Shown: positions 41,634 to 52,005 of the stretch, piece by piece
Layout of the letters: each line of letters begins with the position of its first letter
Numbering within the stretch: position 1 is the first letter of the stretch
Assembly (NCBI GenBank): GCA_043803405.1
Contig: JAZDKB010000015.1
Coordinates: 1 to 64,000 of the forward strand
Source of the DNA: Spirochaetota bacterium
GTDB lineage: Bacteria; Spirochaetota; UBA4802; JAFGDQ01
Length of the DNA: 64,000 bases
Direction: 5' to 3'
Notes under the pieces: model-generated
Database searches by the model: none
The model's input: the letters and a program-made list of their open reading frames with translations, nothing else
What the model was told of the DNA's origin: nothing
Position numbers and translations under genes: made by a program

Positions 41634-41868
41634 AGGGATGTCTGAACCAGTGATTAAAATGATTTCAAATGATTTTGCAGATTACGCCAGTGCTTAATCG
41701 TAGCCGAAGGCCATTTTAATCTGCGATTCTGGAGTTATCAACGATTAAAAAGAGGTTGAAATTATATTTTAATAATTGTATGTATTGATTAATTGATATC
41801 TGAATAAATAATAGAAAGCATTATATTTATTTCTAATATAGAATAGAGTGTAAAAGGGGAAATTTCTA

Positions 41869-42180
41869 ATGCAAAATTATTTAACTGGAAAAATAAAAGA
41901 AAAAATACTCAGTATTGAACATGATGCTGTAATAATTCTTTATGGCTCGCGCGCCAGAAAGGATTATAGGGAGACATCGGACTGGGACTATCTGATTCTT
42001 ATTAATGGTGTTGTAAATTCCGCCAGAATAGACCGCATACGTTCAGCGCTTTATGAAATTGAAGTTGAAACAGACCAGATTATAAATTCGATTATCCGCA
42101 GCCGCGAGGAATGGGAAAGCCCTAAATACAGCGTTCTTCCATTTCATAAAAACATTGAACGCGAAGGCATTCGAATATGA
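41869..42180 (+). CDS. Minimal nucleotidyltransferase (MNT)
   Basis: LYGSRARKDY..SDWD. Confidence 0.9.
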   Translation: MQNYLTGKIKEKILSIEHDAVIILYGSRARKDYRETSDWDYLILINGVVNSARIDRIRSALYEIEVETDQIINSIIRSREEWESPKYSVLPFHKNIEREGIRI

Positions 42181-42569
42181 TTCAGGCTAAAAAAGATTTA
42201 CTGAATTACCGCATATCAAGAGCTGAAGAATCTCTTGAAGAAACAAGAATTCTCGCATCCGCGTCACATTGGAATGCATGTGTAAATAGATTGTATTATG
42301 CATGCTTCTATATCGTATCCGCCTTACTTATTAAAAACGATCTCTCATCAGCAAAACACTCCGGTATCCGCTCTTTGTTTAACCGGTATTATGTTAAAAC
42401 CGGAATAATTGCAAAGAATATTGCAGAAATTTATAATTTTCTTTTTGAAAGAAGGCAGGAAAGCGATTATGATGACTTTGTTACTTTCAGCGAATTTGAT
42501 GTTACTCCATGGATTGATGATACTGATATATTTATAAATATTATTAAGAAATTATTAACTGAAGAATAA
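42177..42569 (+). CDS. HEPN domain protein
   Basis: NRLYYACFY, KHSGI, RQESDY; ATGA overlap with MNT. Confidence 0.9.
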   Translation: MIQAKKDLLNYRISRAEESLEETRILASASHWNACVNRLYYACFYIVSALLIKNDLSSAKHSGIRSLFNRYYVKTGIIAKNIAEIYNFLFERRQESDYDDFVTFSEFDVTPWIDDTDIFINIIKKLLTEE

Positions 42570-42699
42570 AAGTATATTACCTGCTATTGTATTCCCTTTG
42601 CAGAAAAGAATTAACAATCCCGATGAATGTATTAGTAGAAAAGCATTATTGCTTTATCACACACTCGCCGGTCGGGCTTAAATGAACCTCCTGTCCACT

Positions 42700-42845
42700 T
42701 CTGACACCAGGACATCCTTGTCTGTCTGTCAGATGCAAACGGACCTCCGTGTATCAGCTATAAACGCGACTTCCTGTCGCATAGCCGGTATTAGTACATC
42801 CTGTACGTCACCGCACCCGACACTAAGGCATCCATGCCTGTCGTC
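42700..42845. repeat. Hairpin-array repeat with (A/T)TCC(T/A)TG-type loops
   Basis: GACATCCTTGTC, GCGACTTCCTGTCGC, GTACATCCTGTAC, GGCATCCATGCC; homologous to 44740-44820. Confidence 0.7.
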
Positions 42846-42903
42846 TCCCGGAATTTTTTTTACTAGCTGAAGAAAGTCTGTAGTCCGGGCAGTCGCAAGG
42901 GGA

Positions 42904-43092
42904 GTCTGGACAAAGAGCGGATCTACACTCTCTGTGACTTTGACAGACAATACGGATCATACCACGGTTACTAAAAGCGGAACCAGCAGCGCGTATTCAT
43001 CATTCAACACATTTGATATTGTCGGCGGCGGAGCAACGAGCGGAGAAACCAAATCGACTTATGTTGATGATGTGACTGTAGAAAGCCTTTAA
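42904..43092 (+). pseudogene. 3' remnant of a Ser/Thr-rich beta-sandwich extracellular protein gene
   Basis: Open frame WTKSGSTLSVTLTD...TYVDDVTVESL* with no convincing start; abuts repeat element. Confidence 0.4.
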
Positions 43093-43412
43093 TCGATGTC
43101 TTGAATAACCTGAATACTCAATAATCGGGTACAGGCTGGCGATATTCCCTCGTTTAAGCTTTCTCTTTTGCTGGGACGTAATCCTGCAGCGCATGTATTT
43201 AACGATCTTATTTTCTGCAAGCGCTGTAGCATTTATGTGATACAACGTCAGTTTAAGCCCGGTATGGCCCGCAATCCGGTCATGAGCTTTTTACCTTGAC
43301 ATTCGGCCTCTTAAGGGCTTTAATTAAGTATATGAAGTCCGGAGCTGAAATTCATGTCGCAGTCCCTACATGGAAAACATGGAGTTAATCCGATTTGATG
43401 AGGAGATATTTT

Positions 43413-43745
43413 ATGATTAATGACACGATTTCGAATATAGAGAAGAGCATACGGAAATCTTCGACGCTCAATAAAAAGCAGAAGAAGGACCTTCATTATC
43501 AAATCACAAAGCTTAAAAAAGAAATATCGGTCCTGGCAAAGACCAATCCTGAACAGGCACAATCCATAGCCGGTTTTACACAGGTGTCGCTATATGAAGC
43601 CATTCGCGGTGAAAAAAATCCTGAACTCGCTAAGCTGTCATTCAACGGGCTTAAAGAATCGGTCCGCAGATTTGAAGTGACTCATCCACAGCTTGTGGCT
43701 GTTATTGACGGCATCATGGAACAATTAGCCGCTATGGGGATATGA
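43413..43745 (+). CDS. DUF4404-like helical protein
   Basis: RFEVTHPQL...LAAMGI C-terminus; ATG after SD GAGGAG. Confidence 0.75.
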   Translation: MINDTISNIEKSIRKSSTLNKKQKKDLHYQITKLKKEISVLAKTNPEQAQSIAGFTQVSLYEAIRGEKNPELAKLSFNGLKESVRRFEVTHPQLVAVIDGIMEQLAAMGI

Positions 43746-43880
43746 TAAAGCAGATTGCGGTGTCTGTCGATTTGTAAGAGACTGGTTTGAGGATAAATAG
43801 ATTGCTGAAAATTATCTGAAAAACCGGTATTTGTTGAAATATGTGTCAAAACATAGCCCAACCAGTGAACATATTATCAT

Positions 43881-44001
43881 AAACTGTCAGATTGAAGCTT
43901 CAAGCTCACAGTTTGTAATCTCAAACTCCCATGCCGAAGCTTCAAGCTCTCAGTTTGTGATCTCGGACTCTCAGTTTCAAGCTTCGAATTTTAAGTTGGG
44001 T
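43881..44001. repeat. Degenerate 21/42-bp tandem repeat
   Basis: GAAGCTTCAAGCTC(A/T)CAGTTTGT occurs twice 42 bp apart; heptad ..EAS/SSQFVIS. Confidence 0.6.
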
Positions 44002-44207
44002 AAAACGGACATCCTTGTCCTGCTAATTCCTTTGCGGCTAAAAAAGCCTTGAAATACTATACATCTTTTAAAAATAATTCATTTCTCCAAATAAAAAACA
44101 TTGCAAACTAAACCGGATTATTTCATCTTTTATCTTTTATTAATTATGGTATTAAAATCACATGATTAGTGATCCGGGAATGAATTTATAAATGTGAGAG
44201 GAAAGAT

Positions 44208-44729
44208 ATGGCTGTTACCAACATAAACAATGTGTTTCATTTAAAAGTTACGATTGAATGGGCAGGAAAGACAAGGGGCAATCCGTACAGAACCATAGCA
44301 ATACCGCAGAATGCTTCATTATATAATCTGGCAGAGGCTATAATTGATTCTTTCGATTTCGATTTTGACCATGCTTTTGGATTCTATAATAATTTAAAAG
44401 ACTGGTACAGGTCAATAGTCGGCTATGAACTCTTTACTGATATTGGAGAAGGAAGTAAATTTCCGGGCGTCAAAAAAACCAGATTATTAAAAGTCTTTAC
44501 GGAACTAAAAACTAAAATGCTGTTTATGTTCGATTACGGAGATGAATGGTGTTTTATTGTTCAACTGGTCAAAATAACGGATTTTGATAAAAATATCAAA
44601 TATCCTGTTATTACAGATTCTTTCGGCGATGCTCCGCCGCAGTACGATTATAACGACGAAGATTATGACGATGATGATTTTGATGACGACGAAATTGATT
44701 ATGACAATGAGAAAAAGCCGCAAAAATAA
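44208..44729 (+). CDS. pRiA4b ORF-3-like family protein
   Basis: RTIAIP..SLYNLA..FDFDHAFGF, FDYGDEW; acidic tail. Confidence 0.82.
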   Translation: MAVTNINNVFHLKVTIEWAGKTRGNPYRTIAIPQNASLYNLAEAIIDSFDFDFDHAFGFYNNLKDWYRSIVGYELFTDIGEGSKFPGVKKTRLLKVFTELKTKMLFMFDYGDEWCFIVQLVKITDFDKNIKYPVITDSFGDAPPQYDYNDEDYDDDDFDDDEIDYDNEKKPQK

Positions 44730-44739
44730 AATATTGCTG

Positions 44740-44820
44740 CACCAGGGCATCCATGTCCGTCGGTCAGATGCAAACGCGCGTCCATGCGCTCATCTGACAC
44801 TAGGACATCCTGTCCGTCGC
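44740..44820. repeat. Second copy of the hairpin-array repeat
   Basis: CACCAGG..CATCC..GTCAGATGCAAACG and GACACTA..CATCC shared with 42700-42845. Confidence 0.7.
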
Positions 44821-45917
44821 TAATAAACGAAAGCGGATTTAGTTATATGTATCATCTTTGTAATACTGCATTGTTCTCCTGCATCGTTTTTCATAACAAG
44901 TGAGAAATCATTAAACTCGCGATAGTAATTGAATTTAAACTGAAGATTCTTTTCCTCTGCCGGCAGGTCCCTTATAAGGCGGTCGTTAAAATATACTTGA
45001 ATTGTACGGTCCTTTGATTCATGCGGCAAAGATACATCAACATACAGAATGTTGTTGTATAATTCCGATTTTATCCGGCATTCAAGTTTTTTTGATATTA
45101 CATTCATTTTAAAATTCGATATCTCATGGCTTTTTAACACAAGGTATCGTTCAATAAGATGAAGATCGTCAAATCCGTAATTATTTCCAAGTATCGTGCT
45201 ATAAGCATATTTGTAGTTATCCCTGACGAGATTAAGCAGTTTTTTATTGAATAAACCATAAGGATATGCAAAAGAAATTACCTGTACCCCGAACATTGTT
45301 TCGAGAACTGTTTTCGAATGCGCAATTTCTTCCGTGATATTATCAATTGAAATACTATTCAAGTTCGGATGAGTAACCGTATGAGAACCGACCTCCCATC
45401 CTTCTTTTATCAGTTCACTTATCTGATCTTTGTTCATATACATTCTCGTCGGGTCGTTTTCTATCTTATCGGTTATTATAAACAGAATCCCTTTATATCC
45501 ATATTTTTTCATAATTGGATATGCATAATTATAGACGGACTCGTACCCGTCGTCAAAATTTATAAGCACAGGTTTTCTATTATTCCCGAGAATATTTCTT
45601 TCTGCCGGAGCCAGTACAACGGGAATATCCTTTGACAGGATGGTTTTGTAACCGGATGAATGCAGAAACTTTATCTGCTCTTCAAATTCAGCAGGAACAG
45701 TATTAATATAATTATCTTTTAATAACGGTGAAGGATTTATATGATGATAACAAATTACCGGAACATGTTCAAAATAGTGAATCTTTTTGGCCACCTGTTT
45801 GCCGCTGCAATTATGCAGAAGAAATACCGCAGAAAATATTCCTACGGACGAATATTTAAGAATCTTAACCGCAAAGACATGTACGGATATCTTAACCTTA
45901 TTTATCAGAGATTTCAT
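44820..45917 (-). CDS. Polysaccharide deacetylase (CE4, IcaB/PgaB-like), exported
   Basis: PVICYHH, NFDDGY, GSHTVTHP, FAYPYG. Confidence 0.9.
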   Translation of the reverse strand: MKSLINKVKISVHVFAVKILKYSSVGIFSAVFLLHNCSGKQVAKKIHYFEHVPVICYHHINPSPLLKDNYINTVPAEFEEQIKFLHSSGYKTILSKDIPVVLAPAERNILGNNRKPVLINFDDGYESVYNYAYPIMKKYGYKGILFIITDKIENDPTRMYMNKDQISELIKEGWEVGSHTVTHPNLNSISIDNITEEIAHSKTVLETMFGVQVISFAYPYGLFNKKLLNLVRDNYKYAYSTILGNNYGFDDLHLIERYLVLKSHEISNFKMNVISKKLECRIKSELYNNILYVDVSLPHESKDRTIQVYFNDRLIRDLPAEEKNLQFKFNYYREFNDFSLVMKNDAGEQCSITKMIHITKSAFVY

Positions 45918-46051
45918 TTTAATCCTCCTTCAAAATATTCATATCGCCTTGGGGCGTTATCATAACTAAACCCTCTTCCGTATTAGCGAAAGAAGGTCAG
46001 ATGTAACTCAGAATGCGAACTTTATATTCTGAAGAAGGGATGAATTGCTGA

Positions 46052-47536
46052 TTACAGTCTCAGCCGGATCCTGAATCTTTCAAGGACACCGGCGAAAAGC
46101 ACTACACTGAAAGCAAAGAATAACGATCGCCATAATCCCATGGAAGCACCCCAGCTATTGTAAAAGTCACTCCGGAAATAATACACATCCAGAAGCGTCA
46201 GTCCGTATATAAGCAGGTCGGACAGGATATATGCCATAAGGGCGTTGCGGCCAGCGTGTTCCATAATTTTTGTAACTTTATTTTCCTTTGAAACATCTGA
46301 AACAATATATATCAATACCCACGCCAATGCTGTAAATGCCGAACTCAGGAGGCCCCACGACGGAGTCGCACTAAGTTTGCTTATTATGAACATGGGATGC
46401 ATCTTGCTTAATGAATGCAGCATATAGCCTGCAGCGGCAAACCCTATGCCCAGCACGGCAGCGCGTGTTATGCGGCACCGGTGCGTTTTCTCATGTAAAT
46501 TTTCCGAGATCAGAATACCCAAAGCAGCGCCGGACAGGCAAATGGCAGAATGAGTTCCCAGGAAAGGACCAATGCTCACTATATTATTGATAAAGGAAAG
46601 GCCCTGGAACATGCCGGCTTTATCCGCGAAATACATACAGTATAATAATGCCGCAGCGCCAAGAATTCCCGCAGGCACTTTCTGAAAAAAAATATAAACA
46701 GCAGCGGACACAAAATACGCCCAGCCGATGAGCCCGATAATACCCCACCAGTGCGCCCTCATCTGCATAAGCCCGGCTCCGTTTTTACTGCTGTACGCAA
46801 AGGCCAGGAAAACAAGCAGCAGAACTCCCGTAATTCTGAAGATTTTAAGCACTTGACTCATCCAGGGGTAAGAACGCGGAAAGTCGATCCTGAACAGGAT
46901 AACTCCTGCTGCCATGAGAAAACTCCAGACGCGGTAATCAAAGAACCCGTTAAACCTGTCGATCGATTCTGCATTAACCATAAAAAAACCGATTAAAATA
47001 AGCAGAGCTGACCTCCTGGCTACATGCTCCCATATTTGCTGGACGCTCTCCCCGTTTTTAAGCCTCTTCCCAAGTGAGAAAGGCATAGACAGTCCCACTA
47101 TAAACAAAAATGCCGGGAATACCGCATCCGCTATGCTCATGCCGTCATGACCGTATTTTACATGCAGAAACATTTCCGGAGCACCTGCAATATTGTAAAC
47201 GTCATTCACAAATATCATTACAAGTATAACCAGGCCTCTGAGAATATCGACTGATCTCATCCGTTCAGAATTCATGACAGGATGTCCCTGCTTAGAGGAA
47301 TTATCATCAGGCTGCCCGGATTTATTTTCTTTTCTGTTTTTATTTAATATTTGATGCATTAAGTTTTTAATACTGATATGCCTGACTTTATCCAGGAAAA
47401 ACCGATTAAGCTGAGAATAATGTAATTGTAATGACTGAATCTTTTTATATAATTCCATTATTACAACTTTGATGTTATATTCGGGAACACTCATTTTTTT
47501 CAGCAAATTATTGTATTGCATAACATGTTTATTCAA
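46052..47536 (-). CDS. DUF5009/HGSNAT-like membrane acyltransferase (start uncertain, maybe downstream)
   Basis: RSVDILRGL..MIFVND, ADAVFPAFLFIVG, WWGIIGLIGW, ISKLSATPSW. Confidence 0.85.
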   Translation of the reverse strand: MNKHVMQYNNLLKKMSVPEYNIKVVIMELYKKIQSLQLHYSQLNRFFLDKVRHISIKNLMHQILNKNRKENKSGQPDDNSSKQGHPVMNSERMRSVDILRGLVILVMIFVNDVYNIAGAPEMFLHVKYGHDGMSIADAVFPAFLFIVGLSMPFSLGKRLKNGESVQQIWEHVARRSALLILIGFFMVNAESIDRFNGFFDYRVWSFLMAAGVILFRIDFPRSYPWMSQVLKIFRITGVLLLVFLAFAYSSKNGAGLMQMRAHWWGIIGLIGWAYFVSAAVYIFFQKVPAGILGAAALLYCMYFADKAGMFQGLSFINNIVSIGPFLGTHSAICLSGAALGILISENLHEKTHRCRITRAAVLGIGFAAAGYMLHSLSKMHPMFIISKLSATPSWGLLSSAFTALAWVLIYIVSDVSKENKVTKIMEHAGRNALMAYILSDLLIYGLTLLDVYYFRSDFYNSWGASMGLWRSLFFAFSVVLFAGVLERFRIRLRL

Positions 47537-47670
47537 TTTGAACTAAATTTTAAACATCGGCGTTCTTATGACGTTCGTTTAATATATAAAAAATAATTCT
47601 AAACGGCAAATTTTATGGAAAAAAATAAAAAAAATTGTGAGATCGTAAAACGGGACAATAATAGTAGTGA

Positions 47671-47758
47671 CCGACATGATGTCGGTTATGCAGGCAAAGG
47701 CAGGATGCCGACAAGCCAGACATCCTGTCCTTCTTGGCATTTGCCACTTCCTGTGGCG
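47671..47758. repeat. Further ATCCTG-loop hairpin cluster
   Basis: CCGACATGATGTCGG, GGCAGGATGCC, GACATCCTGTC, GCCACTTCCTGTGGC. Confidence 0.6.
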
Positions 47759-47889
47759 TTGCTGTACGCCGCTTCTTACTGGAATGAACTATACTAAAAG
47801 CAGTAAAATTAAAACTTCAGGATTTTTATAATTGGGATAAATGGCGCTCTTTAAAAACCTGATTAATAAATAGCAATTTTAGCAATACG

Positions 47890-48255
47890 TTATTTAACTA
47901 AAATAACTTTTTTGTAGGATCCTTTTATACTGCAATTTGCGGTAATAGAAATTTTATCGCCTTTTTTAAGAGGCTTTTCTATTTTATATTTAGCATTCTG
48001 AAACTTGGAATTTTCCTGCTTTTCAAACGATAAATCTGTTAATTTTACATTGTTTAATTCAATTACAACTGTTTTAACAAAATGCTTTGTAACATCTTTT
48101 GCCGGAGTTTTATCAATATCATGCATTATTTTGATATTAAGTTCTCCTGACTTCTGATTAACCTGTCCGTCAATACCGGATGGCGCATGAGCAAAGACCG
48201 GAACCTGAGCAAATACAAAAAGAAAAAAAGTACCGATAAGTAATAATTTTTTCAT
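47890..48255 (-). CDS. Exported hypothetical protein with His/Cys residues (possible metal site)
   Basis: Signal peptide ending VFA-H; His, His, Cys; SD AAGGAG. Confidence 0.7.
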   Translation of the reverse strand: MKKLLLIGTFFLFVFAQVPVFAHAPSGIDGQVNQKSGELNIKIMHDIDKTPAKDVTKHFVKTVVIELNNVKLTDLSFEKQENSKFQNAKYKIEKPLKKGDKISITANCSIKGSYKKVILVK

Positions 48256-48384
48256 AAAAATTTCTCCTTTTAAAATTTAATTAATAATTTATAATTTAAA
48301 TTAATAATAATGTCAAGTTATTTCTAACAGAGTTCCCGACATACCTGATTCATCTGCCGGCAGCAGGAGGGAATATTTGCAGCG

Positions 48385-48852
48385 CTAAATATTAATCAAT
48401 TCAGGTATTAAATTCCACGCAACAGCCCAGGTCACTTTATTCGTCTGTTCAAGACATACAACGCCGGCCGGATGAAATATTACTATGTTGGCAGATTCGG
48501 AATCCGTAAGAAGCAAAGAAGCAAGTTTGCCAAGGAATGGAAGATGCCCCACAATCATCAGGTGTTCCGGTTTCTCTTTAAGAATATCCTCTTTAATTTT
48601 ATTTACGGAGTCATTCGGGGCAAGTCCTTCTTTTTCCGCTAACCCGTTTTTAGGTGAGAAAGCTTCGGAAATTAGTCCGGCAGTCTCCCTGGCGCGGAGT
48701 TTTGTACTGTGCCATATAATATCAACATTTATCTTTCCTTTTAAAAAATAGGCTACCTTTAAAACATCGGCTTTACCTTTTTCAGTTAGCGGCCGGTCTG
48801 GATCAAGCGTCTCAGGCACACACTCTCCATGCTGAACAAGATATAATCCCAT
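48385..48852 (-). CDS. sixA: Phosphohistidine phosphatase SixA
   Basis: LYLVQHG, RPLT, HSTKLRARETA, VGHLP. Confidence 0.88.
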   Translation of the reverse strand: MGLYLVQHGECVPETLDPDRPLTEKGKADVLKVAYFLKGKINVDIIWHSTKLRARETAGLISEAFSPKNGLAEKEGLAPNDSVNKIKEDILKEKPEHLMIVGHLPFLGKLASLLLTDSESANIVIFHPAGVVCLEQTNKVTWAVAWNLIPELINI

Positions 48853-48973
48853 AATACCTCCGGCAATATTAATATATGTCTGATATCATAACTTATTATT
48901 TATTTTTTTCAATAACAATTTAAGCTTTCTTTACGGTCCGGTACAAACGGACATAATCATTTATTTATTATTT

Positions 48974-50002
48974 TTAATTTACTTTTACTTTGCCGGATAT
49001 AACGTTCATGTAGTCATCATAATTCTTTTTTAACAATGCCGGCGTATCCAGTCCGTACGGACATTGTGACTTGCACTGTCCGCATTCAACACAGTCTTCA
49101 ATCTTCTTCATCATTTCCTGCACTTCCGGAGTAAGCCAGTTTTCGGAGGGTGAACGTCTGAGTAATAATGACATTCTTGCAGCGTTATTGATTACAATTC
49201 CTGCCTGGCATGGCATGCAATAGCCGCATCCCCTGCAGAAATCTCCGGCAAGCTCCTGCCTGTCTTTTTCAATCAATGCCTTTCTTTTGCCGGTCAGCTG
49301 GGGGGGATTGTCAATATAGCTTAAAAATTCATCAAGTTCAGATTCCTTCTGTATACCCCATATTGGCAGTACGCCGTCGTACTGCGAAATAAAAGCATAC
49401 GCTGCCGAAGAATCCGTAATGAGACCGCCGGATAACGCTTTCATCGCTATAAATCCCATGTTTCTATGTCTGCATTTTTCCACGAGTTCAATTTCCTTTT
49501 CCGACGACAGATAACTGAACGGATACTGCAGGGTCTCATAAAGCCCTGAATCTATGCATTCGTGCGCAATACCCAGCTTATGATTTGTTAAGCCAATGTG
49601 TCTTATTTTGCCCTGCATTTTTGCCTCAAGCATACATTCGTACATTCCGGTTCCGTCTCCCGGCTTGTAGCAGACAGCCGGTATATGGAACTGGTAAATG
49701 TCAATATAATCTGTTTTCAGCATTTTCAAAGACGTCTCTATGTCTTTCCGGAATCCTTCCGGTGTGCCGGAAAAAGTCTTGGTAGCTATAATTATCTTTT
49801 CACGTATTCCCTCAAATGCCCGTCCTAATTTTTCCTCGCTGTCCGAGTATACACGTGAAGTATCGAAAAAAGTTATGCCTCCTTCGTATGCCTTTCTCAG
49901 AATTTTAACAGCCGCCTCCATATTAACTCGCTGTATAGGAAGAGCGCCGAATGCGTTGCGATCTGTCCTAATACCTGTACTGCCTAATGTGATTTGTGCC
50001 AT
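48974..50002 (-). CDS. Aldo/keto reductase with C-terminal 4Fe-4S domain
   Basis: FFDTSRVY, DYIDIYQFH, CRGCGYCMPC, CVECGQCKSQCP; start moved to ATG after SD. Confidence 0.92.
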   Translation of the reverse strand: MAQITLGSTGIRTDRNAFGALPIQRVNMEAAVKILRKAYEGGITFFDTSRVYSDSEEKLGRAFEGIREKIIIATKTFSGTPEGFRKDIETSLKMLKTDYIDIYQFHIPAVCYKPGDGTGMYECMLEAKMQGKIRHIGLTNHKLGIAHECIDSGLYETLQYPFSYLSSEKEIELVEKCRHRNMGFIAMKALSGGLITDSSAAYAFISQYDGVLPIWGIQKESELDEFLSYIDNPPQLTGKRKALIEKDRQELAGDFCRGCGYCMPCQAGIVINNAARMSLLLRRSPSENWLTPEVQEMMKKIEDCVECGQCKSQCPYGLDTPALLKKNYDDYMNVISGKVKVN

Positions 50003-50092
50003 AATTATATTCCCCTGATTTAGTATTGACAAAAATACTCTGACAGGCAAGATTTTTTTTAAAAAGATAAATGTGTCATGTATTTTATTTAG

Positions 50093-50147
50093 TTGACATA
50101 ATGCAGGCTCTTATTTACTATTGTAAATACAACCGTTGCATTTACAA
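50093..50147 (+). promoter_or_regulatory. sigma70 promoter with adjacent palindromic operator for MarR gene
   Basis: TTGACA-N17-TACTAT (50093-50121); IR TTGTAAATACAAC-C-GTTGCATTTACAA (50121-50147, 12/13). Confidence 0.7.
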
Positions 50148-50168
50148 CTAATCAGACAGAAAGAGGCC

Positions 50169-50627
50169 ATGTTCCGCAGCAACATAAAAATTTTTCCGCA
50201 GTTTCTTAAAAAGGTTTTATACGAATACGACTCGTCAAAGCTTGAACTTGACATCAATAAAACCCAGATAAATATCCTCATGCTTATTTATGAACATAGT
50301 GCTAAATCAATGTCCGAAATAAGTCTAATGACAGGACTGGAGAAAAGTTCCTTTACACGCTCTATCGATTACCTTGTAAAAAACGGATTTATAACAAGAA
50401 ATTCCCCGGTAAACGATAGAAGAAAAATCAAATTATCTCTTACCGGTAAAGGATTAAAAGCAGCAAAACTTATTAAAAAGGATTTTAATGCATATTTAGA
50501 TTCGTTAATATCATATTTTTCGGAAAAAGAGAAAGAAGAATTTTTTAATTCATTAACAACAGTTACTAAATATGTCAGTAAAATACTGGAAACCAATAAA
50601 AGACAATCAGTGCAAAAGATTAATTAA
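50169..50627 (+). CDS. MarR family transcriptional regulator
   Basis: SMSEIS..LEKSSFTRSIDYLVKNG..DRR..LTGKG. Confidence 0.92.
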   Translation: MFRSNIKIFPQFLKKVLYEYDSSKLELDINKTQINILMLIYEHSAKSMSEISLMTGLEKSSFTRSIDYLVKNGFITRNSPVNDRRKIKLSLTGKGLKAAKLIKKDFNAYLDSLISYFSEKEKEEFFNSLTTVTKYVSKILETNKRQSVQKIN

Positions 50628-50688
50628 GTGAGAAGGGAATCTGACAATACAGTCTGCAAAGAAAATATTATTTAATGGAGTAATCAAT

Positions 50689-50988
50689 ATGGAAAAAACA
50701 TTACAGGAACTTATAGGCGACTGGGTAACAGCCAATAAAAAAATCTTCTGGAAATATGAAGTCTCTTCCTTTTACCAGACGTATAAAATAAATGTAGCCA
50801 ACCTTCCAAAGCCGGGGAAAGAGGACATTAAAGTAGTATCGCATCGCATGTTATTGAGTAATGAGCAAAAAATACAATTATGCAATATTATAAAAAAAGT
50901 ATATAATGGTCCTGACAAGTTAAAAAAATCAAATATCGACTTACAGATTGATTATGTAAAAGGCATGGTAAAAACAGCAGTTATTTAG
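50689..50988 (+). CDS. Hypothetical protein
   Basis: 99-aa ORF, SD GGAG. Confidence 0.65.
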   Translation: MEKTLQELIGDWVTANKKIFWKYEVSSFYQTYKINVANLPKPGKEDIKVVSHRMLLSNEQKIQLCNIIKKVYNGPDKLKKSNIDLQIDYVKGMVKTAVI

Positions 50989-51382
50989 CTCCCTTTGCAG
51001 AAAACGGTCCCTTCAGCAGGAACAATCGGATTTCACCCTCAAACGGGCTGGAACACTTTGTTCCATGTCTGCCGGGATTGACACTTATATTATAAAACTC
51101 ATTGCCACTCTCAAAAAAGTACTTCGTCTCCCGCACTAAGTAAAATCGAATTAACAAAATTACTAACAATTTCGAGTAAACTAATATCACAGAAACCGTG
51201 AATTGACTTTTTCCGGCATAATATTACTATATAATAAATCGGCCTGAAGAATACATTCTATGCTATAGTCTTAACCATATATTCTTATAAATATTCGCAG
51301 ATATGTTTAGAATTTTACGCATGATAAATTCAGGTTTGTGAGTTATTATACGGGCCGTAAAAAAAATGGATGAGGTGTAGTA

Positions 51383-51823
51383 ATGAGATTTATGATGCTT
51401 ATGATACCGGATGTTTACCAGAACGGAAAATCCGGAGAGAATTTTTCGCCTACGGCGGAAGCTGTAAAAAAAATGATGAAATATAACGAGGATCTCGCAA
51501 AAGCCGGGGTATTGATTTCTCTCGATGGACTTCATCCTCCGGCCGCAGGAGCGCGTATATCTTTCAGGGGAGAAAAACCGAAAGTCACGGATGATCCATT
51601 TGCCGGAGCAAAAAATGTCCTGGGCGGATACTGGATAATACAGGTAAAGTCAAAGGAAGAGGCAATTGAATGGGCAAAGCGCGTACCTGCAGAACCAGGA
51701 GATATGATAGAAATCCGTCAGTTGTTCGAGATCTCTGAATTTCCTCCTGATGTGCAAAAAGCAGCCGGGATTTCGATTGTACAGGAGCAGGTAGAAAAGC
51801 TTAGGTCCTCTGTCTCCGGATGA
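51383..51823 (+). CDS. YciI/DGPF family protein
   Basis: LAKAGVL..DGLHP, TDDPF, GGYWIIQVKSKEEAIEWAKR, IEIRQ. Confidence 0.92.
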   Translation: MRFMMLMIPDVYQNGKSGENFSPTAEAVKKMMKYNEDLAKAGVLISLDGLHPPAAGARISFRGEKPKVTDDPFAGAKNVLGGYWIIQVKSKEEAIEWAKRVPAEPGDMIEIRQLFEISEFPPDVQKAAGISIVQEQVEKLRSSVSG

Positions 51824-51867
51824 ACCGTCTTAAGAGAAAGTATTTACCGAATCAGAGAGGTGCGTAT

Positions 51868-51993
51868 ATGCGGAAAATTACTCCATGCATATTCATAGCA
51901 GTGATCGGAAATTTTTTTTCCCGGATCAGTTACAGATGCGATAAACACCATTCTTCGATAAGACAAGCTAGTTGCCGTAGAGGCGGATTTTAG
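51868..51993 (+). pseudogene. Probable 5' remnant of a PhnB/VOC family gene
   Basis: SD GAGG then MRKITPCIF (typical MQKITPCLWF start), decays after 9 codons; such genes often follow yciI. Confidence 0.4.
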
Positions 51994-52005
51994 ATAAATA
52001 ATGGA

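Noticed and set aside
50981..51190. 69-aa minus ORF or possible beta-helix gene remnant (LSAGDEVLF...)
   Set aside because: Too short and frameshifted to support any call.
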